A stretch of 64,000 bases of DNA from Nitrospiraceae bacterium (GCA_900299245.1 OMJA01000343.1:5317-69316), one strand, 5' to 3'. Numbered from the stretch's first letter, positions 1 through 10,477 are shown. Program-made: numbers and translations. Notes: generated from the letters alone by a model not told the origin.

Positions 1-344
1 TTGCGGCGCAACTCGGCGCCCACATCATCAAGGTCAAGTTGCCGACGGCGCATCTTGAACAGGCGGCAGCCAAGAAGGTCTACGAGTCCACGCAAATTCC
101 GATCAAGACCCTGGCCGAGCGGGTCAAGCACGTGGTGCAAAGCTCGTTCGACGGCCGCCGCATCGTGATCTTCTCAGGCGGCGCCAAGAGCGAGGACAAG
201 AACGTGTTCGAGGAAGCGCGGGCCATCCGGGACGGCGGCGGGTTCGGCAGCATCATCGGCCGGAACTCCTTTCAGCGCCCGAAGGACGACGCAGTCAAGT
301 TCCTTCATACGATCATGGATATCTATGCGGGGAAGATCCAATAG
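1..344 (+). CDS. Class I (DhnA/FbaB-type) fructose-bisphosphate aldolase, 3' part; runs off the window start
   Basis: AAQLGAHIIKVK, FSGG and GSIIGRNSFQRP motifs. Confidence 0.8.
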   Translation, partial: AAQLGAHIIKVKLPTAHLEQAAAKKVYESTQIPIKTLAERVKHVVQSSFDGRRIVIFSGGAKSEDKNVFEEARAIRDGGGFGSIIGRNSFQRPKDDAVKFLHTIMDIYAGKIQ

Positions 345-386
345 GGATTCCCTATCGGCGCTCCGTTGAACCAAGGCAGAAGGATC

Positions 387-1928
387 ATGGAACGATACAA
401 TCGCGAGCCTGGACCGGACCGGAGGTGGATGGTTGCCGCCGTGCTGCTGACGGCGGGGATCATTATCGGATTTGTGGTGGCGTCTGATCTCGGGTGGCTC
501 TCGAACGGCCATGCCGTTCCGGACAGCGGGGGCGCTCCGCAGGTGAGGCCGGTTGCCACGGCTCCGCAGCCTGTCCTGCCGGGGATGGGGAATCTGACGT
601 TCGTCGAAATCGCCAAAGCGGTCAAACCGGCCGTCGTCAATATCTATGCGACCAAGAACGGCAAGGGCGACGGCGGCCCGCATGCCACGCCGTTCGAAGA
701 TCCGTTTTTCCGCAAATTTTTCGGCGAGGAGTTTTTCCGGCGGTTCGAACAGCAACAGCCGAAAGAAAAAAAAGAGCGCGGCTTGGGCTCGGGGGTCATT
801 GTCGATTCAAACGGGTTGATCATCACGAACAATCACGTGGTCGGCAAGGCCGATGAAATCCGGGTGACACTCTCGGACAAACGGGAGTTCAAAGCCAAGC
901 TCATCGGGACCGATCCCAAGACCGATATCGCCGTCGTCAAGATCGATGCGACCAATCTCCCGACCGTCGCCTGGGCCGATTCGGATCAGCTGGAGGTCGG
1001 CGAGTTCGTGCTGGCGGTGGGCAATCCGTTCGGACTCACGCAGACGGTCACGCTGGGCATCGTCAGCGCGCTGGGGCGGGCGGCGGGGATCGCGGAGTAC
1101 GAAGATTTTATTCAGACCGATGCGGCGATCAATCCGGGCAATTCCGGCGGCGCGCTCGTGAATGTGCGCGGCGAGCTGGCGGGGATCAACACCGCCATTT
1201 TCAGCCAGAGCGGCGGCAATATGGGCATCGGATTTTCGGTGCCGAGCAATATGGCCCGCTCCATCATGGATCAGCTGGTCAAGACGGGGAAGGTCGTTCG
1301 TGGCTGGCTGGGGGTGTCGATTCAGGAGCTGACCCCCGAACTGGCGAAACAGTTCGGCGTCACCGACACCAAGGGCGTGCTGGTCAGCGATGTGATGGAG
1401 GACAGTCCCGCCAAGAAGGCCGGAGTGGAGCGCGCCGATGTGATCGTCGAGTACGACGGGAAGCCGATGGATTCTCCCACGCATCTGCGGAATGCGGTCG
1501 CCCAGACGCCGGTGGGGAAGAAAGTCTCCGTCAAGCTGATCCGGGAAAAGAAGCCGAAGACCATCGACCTCACGATCGTCGAGCAGCCGAAGTCCATGGC
1601 GCAGTCCGGCGAGGAAGAATCGGCTGAAGCGGCGGCGCCGACCGGGATCCTGTCCGATCTGGACGTGCGCGAACTGACGGACGACGTGGCCGGCCGGTAC
1701 GGCATGAAGTCCGGCGAGCGCGGCGTGGTGGTGGTGCGGGTGAAACCGGGCAGCACGGCGGAGGAAACCGGCGTGCGCGAAGGCGATCTGATCATCGAAA
1801 TCAACCGGCAGCCGGTGACATCCGTGAAAACGTACGAGCGCATCGCGGCCAAATTGCCGAAGGATGAGGCGGTGCTCCTGTTGTTGAAGCGACAGGGCCG
1901 GACGATTTATCTGACGCTCCGCCCCTGA
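387..1928 (+). CDS. degP: HtrA/DegP-DegQ serine protease with two PDZ domains
   Basis: TNNHVV, TDIAV and AAINPGNSGG triad motifs; N-terminal TM; ATG 387 preferred. Confidence 0.9.
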   Translation: MERYNREPGPDRRWMVAAVLLTAGIIIGFVVASDLGWLSNGHAVPDSGGAPQVRPVATAPQPVLPGMGNLTFVEIAKAVKPAVVNIYATKNGKGDGGPHATPFEDPFFRKFFGEEFFRRFEQQQPKEKKERGLGSGVIVDSNGLIITNNHVVGKADEIRVTLSDKREFKAKLIGTDPKTDIAVVKIDATNLPTVAWADSDQLEVGEFVLAVGNPFGLTQTVTLGIVSALGRAAGIAEYEDFIQTDAAINPGNSGGALVNVRGELAGINTAIFSQSGGNMGIGFSVPSNMARSIMDQLVKTGKVVRGWLGVSIQELTPELAKQFGVTDTKGVLVSDVMEDSPAKKAGVERADVIVEYDGKPMDSPTHLRNAVAQTPVGKKVSVKLIREKKPKTIDLTIVEQPKSMAQSGEEESAEAAAPTGILSDLDVRELTDDVAGRYGMKSGERGVVVVRVKPGSTAEETGVREGDLIIEINRQPVTSVKTYERIAAKLPKDEAVLLLLKRQGRTIYLTLRP

Positions 1929-2078
1929 CGCCTGTGACACGGACAGGCCGAGGAGGTTTCGCGCCCGGCCTGGTGAGAACAATACGAGGGGACAGGGACG
2001 GACGGCGAATCGCGCAGTTCCGTCCATGCAGTGGTGGGGCAGGCTTCCGGAGGGGAGCAAGAGAGAGGGGGTTCCGGT

Positions 2079-3104
2079 ATGGTATCGCGGGCCATATTTA
2101 TCCTTCTCAGTGCGCTGGCGGGCATGGCCTTGTTCCTGCGGGCCGAGAATGCCACCGGCGCGTTCTGGCTGTACGGGTTTGGAATCGGGGCGGTGACCGG
2201 CGGGCTCATCGTCGCCGGCGAATATGCGTTGCGGACGTTTTCATTCGGCATCATCGTCGGGGCCACGGCGGGTCTGGCGGTCGGGCTCTTGATGACCGGG
2301 CTGGTGGAGTGGGTCGGCGGCGAAATCTTCGATGTCCAGACCTTCCTCTTTCACATCGGCGGGCTCGTGTTCCTCCTGGGCTTCCCCTATCTGGGGCTGG
2401 TCATGGGGGCGCGATTCGGCCAGGAAAAGTTTCCGGGACCCCGAACACGGGCGACGGAACTGCCCGGTGGGTCGAACAGTCTGAAAGTTCTCGATACCAG
2501 CGTGATCATCGACGGGCGCGTGGCAGATCTCTGTGAAACGGGCTTTCTGGAAGGGACCTTTTTCGTGCCGCAGTTCATTCTGCACGAGTTGCAGCACATC
2601 GCCGATTCTTCGGACTCATTGAAGCGCGCGCGCGGTCGCCGCGGTCTCGATATTCTGAACAAGATTCAAAAAATGACTGATGTGGATGTGCGCATCGTGG
2701 ATGAGGATTTTCCGGCGGTCAAGGAAGTGGATTCGAAACTGGTCGTGCTCGCCAAGAAGATGGACGCGCGCATCATGACGAATGATTTGAACTTGAATAA
2801 AGTCGCTGAACTGCAGGGCGTTCGCGTGCTCAACATCAACGAGCTGTGCAATGCGCTGCGGCCTGTCGTCCTGCCGGGGGAGACCATCCGGGTCTTTGTC
2901 CTGAAGGAGGGGAAAGAAGCCGGCCAGGGGGTGGCATATCTCGACGACGGCACAATGATCGTCGTGGACAACGCCCGGCGGTGTATCGGCCGCAATGTCG
3001 ACGTCGTCGTCACGAGCGTCTTGCAGACGACCGCCGGACGCATGATTTTCACCCGTCTGAAAGAAGACGCCGAGCGGGAGGAGTTACAAGTCGCTCGTGG
3101 ATAG
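2079..3104 (+). CDS. YacL-family membrane PIN/TRAM domain protein
   Basis: TM N-terminus; [13 protein letters not shown] motif; [17 protein letters not shown] motif; directly upstream of ispD. Confidence 0.88.
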   Translation: MVSRAIFILLSALAGMALFLRAENATGAFWLYGFGIGAVTGGLIVAGEYALRTFSFGIIVGATAGLAVGLLMTGLVEWVGGEIFDVQTFLFHIGGLVFLLGFPYLGLVMGARFGQEKFPGPRTRATELPGGSNSLKVLDTSVIIDGRVADLCETGFLEGTFFVPQFILHELQHIADSSDSLKRARGRRGLDILNKIQKMTDVDVRIVDEDFPAVKEVDSKLVVLAKKMDARIMTNDLNLNKVAELQGVRVLNINELCNALRPVVLPGETIRVFVLKEGKEAGQGVAYLDDGTMIVVDNARRCIGRNVDVVVTSVLQTTAGRMIFTRLKEDAEREELQVARG

Positions 3105-3813
3105 ACGTGTGGTCGCGGTCGTGCCCGCAGCCGGCAAAGGGTTGCGGATGGGCGGCTCAGTTCCGAAGCAGTTTCTTGCCCTGGGCGGCGAGCCTCTCGT
3201 CGTCCATTCGCTGCGAGTTCTTCAGGCATCTCCCGCCATCGATCAGATCATCCTTGCCGTCCCGCAGGCTGACCTCGACTATTGTCTGAACGATCTGGCT
3301 GTGCGGTACGGCTTTTCGAAAATCACCAAAGTGGTCGCGGGCGGGCGCGAACGGCAGGATTCCGTCCGGCATGCCCTCGAACATGTGCCGGAGGAAACGG
3401 AGATCGTCGTCGTGCATGATGCGGTGCGGCCGTTTCTTACACAGACGATGGTCACGGAAGTCGTGGCGGCGGCGCGCCGGCATGGCGGCGCGATCGTCGC
3501 GCTTCCCATGCGCGACACGGTGAAGCAGGTCGGGCCGGAGCATCGTGTCGAACGCACCGTCGATCGTCAGCCGTTGTGGCTGGCGCAGACGCCGCAGGCC
3601 TTCCGTTGCGACTGGCTGCAGGCGGTTCACCGCAAGGCGCATGCGGAGTCGGTCCATGCGACGGACGATGCGTTTCTGTTTGAATGGGTCGGCCATCCCG
3701 TGGTGGTCGTGGAAGGCAGCGGTGAAAACATCAAGGTAACGCGACCGGAAGATATGGTGATCGGGGAAGCGATTCTGGGTTCCCGCACTGCCGCGCGTTC
3801 GGGAGGATCGTAA
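3097..3813 (+). CDS. ispD: 2-C-methyl-D-erythritol 4-phosphate cytidylyltransferase
   Basis: [22 protein letters not shown] and NIKVTRPED motifs. Confidence 0.95.
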   Translation: MDRRVVAVVPAAGKGLRMGGSVPKQFLALGGEPLVVHSLRVLQASPAIDQIILAVPQADLDYCLNDLAVRYGFSKITKVVAGGRERQDSVRHALEHVPEETEIVVVHDAVRPFLTQTMVTEVVAAARRHGGAIVALPMRDTVKQVGPEHRVERTVDRQPLWLAQTPQAFRCDWLQAVHRKAHAESVHATDDAFLFEWVGHPVVVVEGSGENIKVTRPEDMVIGEAILGSRTAARSGGS

Positions 3814-4298
3814 TGGCGACGAAAATTCGCGTGGGCTGCGGGTATGACGTACATCCCCTCGGGCCGGGACGAAAGTTGATTCTGGGCGGCATCGACGTGC
3901 CACACTCGAAAGGTCTGCTGGGCCATTCGGACTCCGATGTCCTGGTGCATGCGGTGTGCGATGCCCTGTTGGGTGCGATGGGTGAAGGGGACCTGGGCCG
4001 GCACTATCCGAGTTCCGATCAGAAGTACAAAGGTATCTCCAGCCTCAAGCTGCTGGAAGATGTGATGGGGAAGCTCGCGAAGAAGGGGTATCGGGTCGTG
4101 AACGTCGATACGATCATTGTGGCCCAGGCTCCAAAATTGAGCACGTTTCTTTCTGCGATGGCGAATCAGATGGCGCAGGTGATGGGGATCGATGCCGATC
4201 AAGTGAACGTGAAGGTGAAGAGCGGCGAAGGGCTCGATGCCGTCGGACGGGAAGAGGGCATGCATGCCCATGCCGTCTGTTTGATTGAGTCGGTGTGA
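3813..4298 (+). CDS. ispF: MECDP synthase
   Basis: GYDVH and GHSDSDVLVHAVCDALLGA motifs. Confidence 0.95.
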   Translation: MATKIRVGCGYDVHPLGPGRKLILGGIDVPHSKGLLGHSDSDVLVHAVCDALLGAMGEGDLGRHYPSSDQKYKGISSLKLLEDVMGKLAKKGYRVVNVDTIIVAQAPKLSTFLSAMANQMAQVMGIDADQVNVKVKSGEGLDAVGREEGMHAHAVCLIESV

Positions 4299-4318
4299 CT
4301 GCCGTAGGATAGGGCACC

Positions 4319-4969
4319 ATGCTGAAAGCCATTCGACAAGATCTTCAGGCCGTCTTCGATCGGGATCCGGCCGCCACCAGCCGGTTGGAGGTCATCCTGA
4401 CCTATGCCGGTTTCCACGCGCTGCTCATCTATCGAATCGCCCATTGGTTGAAGATCCACGGCGTGCCGTTTGTGCCGCGAGCTTTGTCCCAGTTGGCCCG
4501 TTGGTTGACCGGCATTGAGATTCATCCGTCCGCCAAGATCGGCACAGGGTTTTTCATCGATCATGGGATGGGCGTCGTCATCGGCGAAACAGCCGAGGTC
4601 GGCGACTACGTCACCCTCTTTCAAGGCGTCACCCTTGGCGGCACCGGGAAAGAGCGGGGTAAACGGCATCCTACGCTGGGCAACCACGTGGTCGTCGGCG
4701 CCGGGGCCAAAATTCTCGGCGGCATCAAAATCGGCGACAACGTCAAGATCGGTGCGAATTCCGTCGTCATCAAAAACGTCCCGCCCAATTCCACCGTCAT
4801 CGGCGTGCCGGCCCGCGTCATCAAGACGCAGGGCGAGCGATTGCCCGATGTCACGATGGATCAAACCAACCTCCCCGATCCCATCAGCGACCGGTTTGCC
4901 GCGCTGGAGCAGGAGTTGATCGAACTTCGTAAGAAGCTCGAAGCGCGCGACTCCCAGCTGCCGTTCTAG
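4319..4969 (+). CDS. cysE: Serine O-acetyltransferase
   Basis: [22 protein letters not shown] and GKRHPTLG hexapeptide repeats. Confidence 0.95.
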   Translation: MLKAIRQDLQAVFDRDPAATSRLEVILTYAGFHALLIYRIAHWLKIHGVPFVPRALSQLARWLTGIEIHPSAKIGTGFFIDHGMGVVIGETAEVGDYVTLFQGVTLGGTGKERGKRHPTLGNHVVVGAGAKILGGIKIGDNVKIGANSVVIKNVPPNSTVIGVPARVIKTQGERLPDVTMDQTNLPDPISDRFAALEQELIELRKKLEARDSQLPF

Positions 4970-5093
4970 CAGGATGCTGAAAAAGGCCGCCGCCGGCGTT
5001 CTCAGCTCATCAACATCCTCAACGTACCCCTGAGGGTAAGCCTCCGATTTTGATTCGCCTGCGGCCTTGGCGACAGCCTTTTTGAGTATCCTG
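4970..5093. repeat. ~125-nt structured palindromic intergenic repeat, copy 1
   Basis: CAGGATGCTGAAAAAGGC...GCCTTTTTGAGTATCCTG ends; aligns with copies at 9184, 13500 and 28171. Confidence 0.9.
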
Positions 5094-5289
5094 TTGTCAT
5101 TCTGATTTCAACGTCGCAGAAAGTACTCATGCAACATTTTCGCGCACACCGAGTGTTTCAGAAGCCTGCTTGCTCTTCCGTTGCAGTGTGATTTTCAATT
5201 CAGGCATGCAGAAATTCGCATGCTGATTGCACGGTTGTAGATGACTCGTTGTCAGTTGAATTGGCAGGATAAGTCAGAAAGGATGAAAT

Positions 5290-5313
5290 CCGGCGCGGCG
5301 GGATCCGCGCCGG
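5290..5313 (-). terminator. GC-rich hairpin after psiF-like gene, possible terminator
   Basis: CCGGCGCGG-cgggat-CCGCGCCGG just past the stop; weak U tract. Confidence 0.45.
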
Positions 5314-5323
5314 GGTGTCGCTG

Positions 5324-5635
5324 CTAGTTCGAGAGACAGGTACTCATGAACTTCTTCCGCTCGTCGCCCTTCAGACTCTTTTCGCCCGCCTCTTTGTTGC
5401 ACGCCTTCATCTTCTCCTGCTGAGCCGTTTTGCCGCTCTTGACCGGCTTGGCGGAGAGGCACTCCTTGATGAACGCCTTCCGTTCGTCGCCCTTCCCTTC
5501 ACCCAATCCCTTCTCGTTCGCTTCCTTGTTGCACGTCGCCATCTTGTTCTGCTGACCGGCGGCTTCGCTGCACACCGGGGCCAGTACGATCACGGCCAAA
5601 AAGAGTGAGAGGACGATCAGGCTGGCAATCTTCAT
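5324..5635 (-). CDS. psiF: PsiF-family exported protein with two repeats
   Basis: Signal peptide; QQNKMATCNKEA and LKGDERKKFMSTCL repeats. Confidence 0.88.
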   Translation of the reverse strand: MKIASLIVLSLFLAVIVLAPVCSEAAGQQNKMATCNKEANEKGLGEGKGDERKAFIKECLSAKPVKSGKTAQQEKMKACNKEAGEKSLKGDERKKFMSTCLSN

Positions 5636-5724
5636 GGCGTTGCTCCTTGTGTGAGAGGGTGAAGGATCGACGGCGCACTATATCAAAACGCTCAGGATTT
5701 GTCTGTACGGAAGCGCCCTGAGCT

Positions 5725-6459
5725 TCAGTAGTCCACGCGGATGAGGCAGAGTCCTTGCGGCGGCGCGGTCTTGCCTGCTTCTCGGCGATCTCGCGCGGCG
5801 AGGATGCGGGAAAAGCACTCGGGGGTGCGTTTGCCCTGACCGACTTCGACCAGCGTGCCCACGATGCTGCGGACCATCTGTTTCAAAAACCGGTCGGCAT
5901 AGGCCTCGACACGGAGTTCGTCGCCCTCCCGGATGACGACCAGACGTTGGAGGTGGCAAATCGGATCTTCGTTTTCCGTCGGTTGCGTTTCGAACGAGGA
6001 AAAGTCGTGCGAGCCGATGAGATGCAAGGCTGCCAGGTTCATGGCCGCATCATCCAAAGGTTTGTAGACGTGCCAGAACAACTGCCGATTCAGCGCGAGA
6101 CGCGGAGACCGGTTGAGAATCCGGTATTGGTAGAGCTTGCCGGTTGCTTTATAGCGGGCGTGAAACTCGGGCGGGGGAAAGTCGACGGCCCTGACCGAAA
6201 TATCGGGAGGGAGATGGGCGTTCAATGCCATCGTCCACTCATAGGCGGTCATGTCCCGATCAATGCGAAAACTGACGACCTGCCCCAGTGCGTGTACCCC
6301 GGCGTCGGTGCGCCCGGCGGCGATGACGGAGATCGTCTGCCGGGTCACTTTTGTAATCGCGGTCTCGAGCGCTTCTTGAATGGTCGGCTGATTGAGCTGA
6401 CGCTGCCAGCCGGCGTAGTGCGTACCTTCGTATTCCAGTGTCAGCTTGATCGTCGGCAT
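5725..6459 (-). CDS. truA: tRNA pseudouridine(38-40) synthase
   Basis: YEGTHYAGWQ, AGRTDAGVHA, FLKQMVR; start MPTIKL at 6459. Confidence 0.95.
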   Translation of the reverse strand: MPTIKLTLEYEGTHYAGWQRQLNQPTIQEALETAITKVTRQTISVIAAGRTDAGVHALGQVVSFRIDRDMTAYEWTMALNAHLPPDISVRAVDFPPPEFHARYKATGKLYQYRILNRSPRLALNRQLFWHVYKPLDDAAMNLAALHLIGSHDFSSFETQPTENEDPICHLQRLVVIREGDELRVEAYADRFLKQMVRSIVGTLVEVGQGKRTPECFSRILAARDRREAGKTAPPQGLCLIRVDY

Positions 6460-6488
6460 GCCATGGCCTGGTGGAACAGCAAGTGTGA

Positions 6489-7769
6489 TTAACGCGCCGT
6501 CGGCTTGCCGGTGGCCAGGAACGACTTCACGCCGTTCAACAGGGAGTCGGCGACGTCGCGGATGAACACATTTTGGCGCAGCAGATCTTCTTCTAATGGA
6601 TTGGAGATATAGGCGATTTCCGCCAGGATGCTGGGCATGCTGGTGTAGCGCAGGACATAAAACGGTGCGGTTTTCACGCCATGGTCGGTGATGGTGTAGT
6701 GGCCGTTCATGTGCGTCACCAGAGATTCCTTGGTGGTCCAAGCCAGCTCCATCGATTCTTCGATTTTCTTTGTCGTCAACAGATCTGCCAGGAAATACTC
6801 GACTCCTGTGCCAGTACTGTTCAGCGGCGTCCCGTTTTCACGGGCGGCCACTTCCAGCGCCCGCTGATCTTTGGCTTGTCCAAAATGGTAAATCTCGATG
6901 CCCTTGACGGCTCGCGAGGGATGGGAATTGACGTGGATGGAGACAAAGAGGTCGGCTTCGTTCCGGTTGGCAAATTTCGCCCGCTCTTCCAGTTCAACGA
7001 AGACATCCTGGTCGCGCGTCATTAGGACCCTTACGCCCGGCTGCTTGCTGAGAAGATCCCGCAGCCGCAAGGCCACTTTTAGGGTAATGTCTTTTTCCTC
7101 TGTACCGCGCCGGCCCCGCGCACCGGGATCTTTCCCGCCGTGACCGGGATCGAGCACGATTGTCTTGAACGACTTAGCCTGGGGTATCGTCGGCTGAGGC
7201 GGCGGCTCGAAGGTGCCGGGTGTCGATGGGGCCGGCGCAGCCTGATCCGGTGCGGGAGCGTCCGGAACGGCGAGCCCCGGGATCACGTCGACCACCAGCC
7301 GGGCAGGGTTTTCGAGGGAGAATTGTTTGTACCGGCGGATCGCCTGCGTGGGAAGGACTACCGTCACGGCGCCGGTGGTGGTCTGCGCAATCTGAAACGG
7401 GGCCGGGATGATCCCACGGTCGAGCCTGAGTCTGGCCGACCGGCTCATGGTCGCATGAGGAAGAAAAATCACCACATTGTCCGAGTCTGCTGACTTATCC
7501 TCGGTCACTTTCGTGTTGCGATCCAGATCGAGCACGAGTCTGGTGCGTTCAGGAGTCGAGAAGACGCGAAAGTTCTGGACCGTGGCCGGCATCATTGAGG
7601 CCGGAGTCCCTTTCGTTTTGGTCTTATGGGGGCGATGAGAACGGACGTCGGAAGCGGCGGCAAATGCCGGGTCGCAGTCTATGGTCAGGATGGCCGGTGT
7701 GAGCGCGAGCAGGCACAGGGATGCGAGAGAGATGCGGAAAGGGAAAGCCTGCCAGAATCGTAGTCGCAT
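6489..7769 (-). CDS. N-acetylmuramoyl-L-alanine amidase (AMIN + Amidase_3), AmiC-like
   Basis: RLVLDL/RLVVDV AMIN strands; VLDPGHGGKDPGA, FVSIHVN, LAEIAYISN. Confidence 0.9.
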   Translation of the reverse strand: MRLRFWQAFPFRISLASLCLLALTPAILTIDCDPAFAAASDVRSHRPHKTKTKGTPASMMPATVQNFRVFSTPERTRLVLDLDRNTKVTEDKSADSDNVVIFLPHATMSRSARLRLDRGIIPAPFQIAQTTTGAVTVVLPTQAIRRYKQFSLENPARLVVDVIPGLAVPDAPAPDQAAPAPSTPGTFEPPPQPTIPQAKSFKTIVLDPGHGGKDPGARGRRGTEEKDITLKVALRLRDLLSKQPGVRVLMTRDQDVFVELEERAKFANRNEADLFVSIHVNSHPSRAVKGIEIYHFGQAKDQRALEVAARENGTPLNSTGTGVEYFLADLLTTKKIEESMELAWTTKESLVTHMNGHYTITDHGVKTAPFYVLRYTSMPSILAEIAYISNPLEEDLLRQNVFIRDVADSLLNGVKSFLATGKPTAR

Positions 7770-7853
7770 GTGCCTAAAGAAATGGTAGGGGATAAAAACT
7801 TTTCTCAGATGTTCCGCCGCTTGTCAAGCACTTGCATCCGTTCCAGTCCGGGA

Positions 7854-7883
7854 TTGACAGGGAGGAAAGCCGACCGGTAGCGT
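7854..7883 (+). promoter_or_regulatory. Putative sigma70 promoter for the NYN gene
   Basis: TTGACA-N18-TAGCGT ending 7 nt before ATG 7891. Confidence 0.5.
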
Positions 7884-7890
7884 GATCGCT

Positions 7891-8406
7891 ATGGCGACTC
7901 ATCTTATCATCGATGGGTATAACCTGCTCGGGGCTCAGTCCGCAGCGAAGTCGGAGATGGCCCGGGAGTCGTTGCTGCACGATCTGGCGGCCTATCGGCA
8001 TCGCAAAGGCCACCCGTTGACCGTCGTGTTCGACGGCTGGCAACTGGGATATCCGGTCGAACATCGGGAGCATCGGGCCGGCGTGCAGGTGATCTACTCA
8101 CGGCGGGGCGAGAAGGCCGATCAGGTCATCCAGCGGTTGGCGCGTGAGTATGGCGCCGATTGCGCTGTCGTCAGTTCCGATCATGAGATCGTGGCGACAG
8201 CCCGGGCCCATGGCGCAACCGTGATGACCGCACAGTTGTTCATGACAAAATTGGCGGCCAGCGGTCTTTCGTCAGGCCCGATCCAGGGCAAAGAGCTGGA
8301 TTCAGGGGAGGACGAGCGGCCCAGCCGGGGCCCGGGGAAGAAGGGCAATCCGAGAAAGCTGCCGAAAGCGGTTCGCGAACGGAACCGTCAGATCAAGCGA
8401 TTTTAA
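7891..8406 (+). CDS. NYN-domain RNase, YacP/Rae1-like
   Basis: LIIDGYNL, VVFDG, EKADQVI and VVSSDHEI motifs. Confidence 0.85.
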   Translation: MATHLIIDGYNLLGAQSAAKSEMARESLLHDLAAYRHRKGHPLTVVFDGWQLGYPVEHREHRAGVQVIYSRRGEKADQVIQRLAREYGADCAVVSSDHEIVATARAHGATVMTAQLFMTKLAASGLSSGPIQGKELDSGEDERPSRGPGKKGNPRKLPKAVRERNRQIKRF

Positions 8407-9172
8407 ATAGCCGCTTGGCGTTGCGGGTGGTGGCGAGGGCGATTTTCTCGGGCGACATGCCAACTTCATCGGCGCGAACGGTTGCCAGGTGCTGTGCCAC
8501 ATGTGTGACATAGGCCGGTTCATTGCGCTTCCCTCGAAGAGGGACCGGCGTGAGATAGGGACAATCGGTTTCGATCAAGAGCCGATCCAGGGGAACGGTC
8601 TTCGCGATGTCTCGCAGTGCCGTGGCGCTCGGGAACGTCAGAATACCTGAGAACGACAGGTAGAACCCCAGATCCAACGCCTCCTTCGCCAGTGCCGCAT
8701 CCCCGGAAAAGCAGTGAAACACCCCGCCGACTTCCGACGCCTTCTCTTCCCGTAAAATCGTGACCGTATCCGCGTCGGCCTCCCTGGTGTGAATGATCAC
8801 CGGGAGCCGGAGTTCGTGCGCGAGCTGAATCTGTTCGCGGAACCGGTCGCGCTGTTCTTTCGGCGAGGAGTGGTTGTAGTGGTAGTCCAGCCCGATCTCA
8901 CCATAGGCCACGACCTTGTTGTTCCTGGCGAGCCGGCGGAACTCATCGTACCAGGTGTCTTGAATGTGTTTGACCTCGTGCGGGTGCACGCCGATGGAGG
9001 CATAGACAAAGGGGTGTTGGCCGGCCAGGGCAACCGCAGACTGGCTGGTGGCGAGGTCGCAGCCGATGGTGATGAACGTGTCGACGCCGGCTTCGCGTGC
9101 CCGCGCGATCATCGCCTCACGGTCATCGTTGTAGCGGGCGTCGTCGAGATGGGTGTGGGTGTCGATAAGCAT
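8393..9172 (-). CDS. tatD: TatD-family hydrolase
   Basis: IDTHTH, GVHPH, GEIGLDY, HCFSG and ETDCPYL motifs. Confidence 0.93.
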   Translation of the reverse strand: MLIDTHTHLDDARYNDDREAMIARAREAGVDTFITIGCDLATSQSAVALAGQHPFVYASIGVHPHEVKHIQDTWYDEFRRLARNNKVVAYGEIGLDYHYNHSSPKEQRDRFREQIQLAHELRLPVIIHTREADADTVTILREEKASEVGGVFHCFSGDAALAKEALDLGFYLSFSGILTFPSATALRDIAKTVPLDRLLIETDCPYLTPVPLRGKRNEPAYVTHVAQHLATVRADEVGMSPEKIALATTRNAKRLFKIA

Positions 9173-9183
9173 GCGGGTTCTAG

Positions 9184-9308
9184 CAGGATGCTGAAAAATG
9201 CTGCCAGCTTCGTTCTCGGCTCATCGAATTCCTCAACGTACCCTTGAGGGTACGCCTCCGGTTTCGATTCCCCTGCGGCCTTGCTGGACAGCCTTTTTGA
9301 GCATCCTG
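9184..9308. repeat. ~125-nt structured palindromic intergenic repeat, copy 2
   Basis: CAGGATGCTGAAAAA...TTTTTGAGCATCCTG ends; apical CGTACCC-TTGA-GGGTACG. Confidence 0.9.
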
Positions 9309-9418
9309 TGGTTATTGTGATTTCAATACTGTACGAAATGTTCTCGCATATGTTTCGTGCGCACCAACGTCTTTTTCGACCTGAGAGTGGAGAAAATCAG
9401 GTTAAAGACAGAGATTTG

Positions 9419-10477
9419 TTACGCAGGTTTGGTAGTGATGGAGTCGGCCAGTTCGTTCAGCAGGGCGGCGGTTTCATCCCAGCCGAGACAGGCGTCGGTG
9501 ATGGAGACGCCGTGCGCGAGCGTCACGCCCTGCTTCCAGGACTGTTTGCCGGGGTTGAGATTGCTTTCGAGCATCAAGCCCATGATGGAGTTGCGCCCCT
9601 CGCGGAACTGACGGAGGACGTCCCGGGCGACAAGGCCCTGGCGCTTATGGTCCTTGTTGGAGTTGTCGTGGGAGCAATCAATCATGATCGGTCGGGCGAT
9701 CCCTTCGCCCGCGACGGCCGCCTCGGCTTTCGCGACATGCTCCGCTTCGTAGTTGGTCTTGCCGCCGCCACCCCGAAGGACGATGTGCCGGTCCGGGTTG
9801 CCGGCCGTCCGGATGATCGCGGTCTGCCCTTCGGCGTTGATGCCGACGAAGTGATGCGGCGTGCGGGCCGAGGTCATGGCATTCACCGCGACTTGCAGGC
9901 TGCCTTCGGTGCCGTTTTTAAATCCGACCGGCATGGACACGCCGCTGGCCAGTTCGCGATGGGTTTGGCTTTCGGTCGTGCGGGCGCCGATGGCGCTCCA
10001 ACTGATCAGGTCGGCGATATATTGAGGGCTGATCGGATCGAGCAGTTCGGTGGCGCAGGGCATGCCGGACTGGTTGATTTTCAGGAGAATCGTACGGGCC
10101 AGTTCCATGCCGGTGGCGATATCGCAGGTGCCGTCCAGGTGTGGATCGTTGATGAGGCCCTTCCAGCCGACGGTCGTGCGCGGCTTTTCGAAATAGGTGC
10201 GCATGACGATCAGCAGGCGATCGCGGAGCGCATCGGCCACCGGCTTGAGTCTGGCGGCATATTCATAGGCGGCTTCGGGGTCATGAATCGAGCAGGGACC
10301 GACGATGATGAGGAGCCGCTCGCGATCCCGGCCATGAAGAATCCGGCGGATGGCGTCTCGTGTTTCCACCACCAGCGCGGCGGCTTCGTCGGTGATCGGC
10401 AGCTTCGTTTTTATGGCGCGCGGCGAGGGCAGCGCGTTGATTTCTAAGACATGTTGGTTGTCGATAGGTCTGTTCAT
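9419..10477 (-). CDS. DAHP synthase class I-alpha (AroF/G/H type)
   Basis: GPCSIHD, YFEKPRTTVGWKG, IGARTTESQ and DCSH motifs. Confidence 0.93.
   Translation of the reverse strand: MNRPIDNQHVLEINALPSPRAIKTKLPITDEAAALVVETRDAIRRILHGRDRERLLIIVGPCSIHDPEAAYEYAARLKPVADALRDRLLIVMRTYFEKPRTTVGWKGLINDPHLDGTCDIATGMELARTILLKINQSGMPCATELLDPISPQYIADLISWSAIGARTTESQTHRELASGVSMPVGFKNGTEGSLQVAVNAMTSARTPHHFVGINAEGQTAIIRTAGNPDRHIVLRGGGGKTNYEAEHVAKAEAAVAGEGIARPIMIDCSHDNSNKDHKRQGLVARDVLRQFREGRNSIMGLMLESNLNPGKQSWKQGVTLAHGVSITDACLGWDETAALLNELADSITTKPA

Noticed and set aside
807-2060. 417-aa antisense ORF opposite degP
   Set aside because: No motifs; typical shadow of a GC3-biased gene.
5171-5275. Possible sigma54 promoter or operator (GCATGC dyads; TCGCATGCTGATTGCA)
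   Set aside because: Lacks the invariant -24 GG, and no gene follows on that strand.
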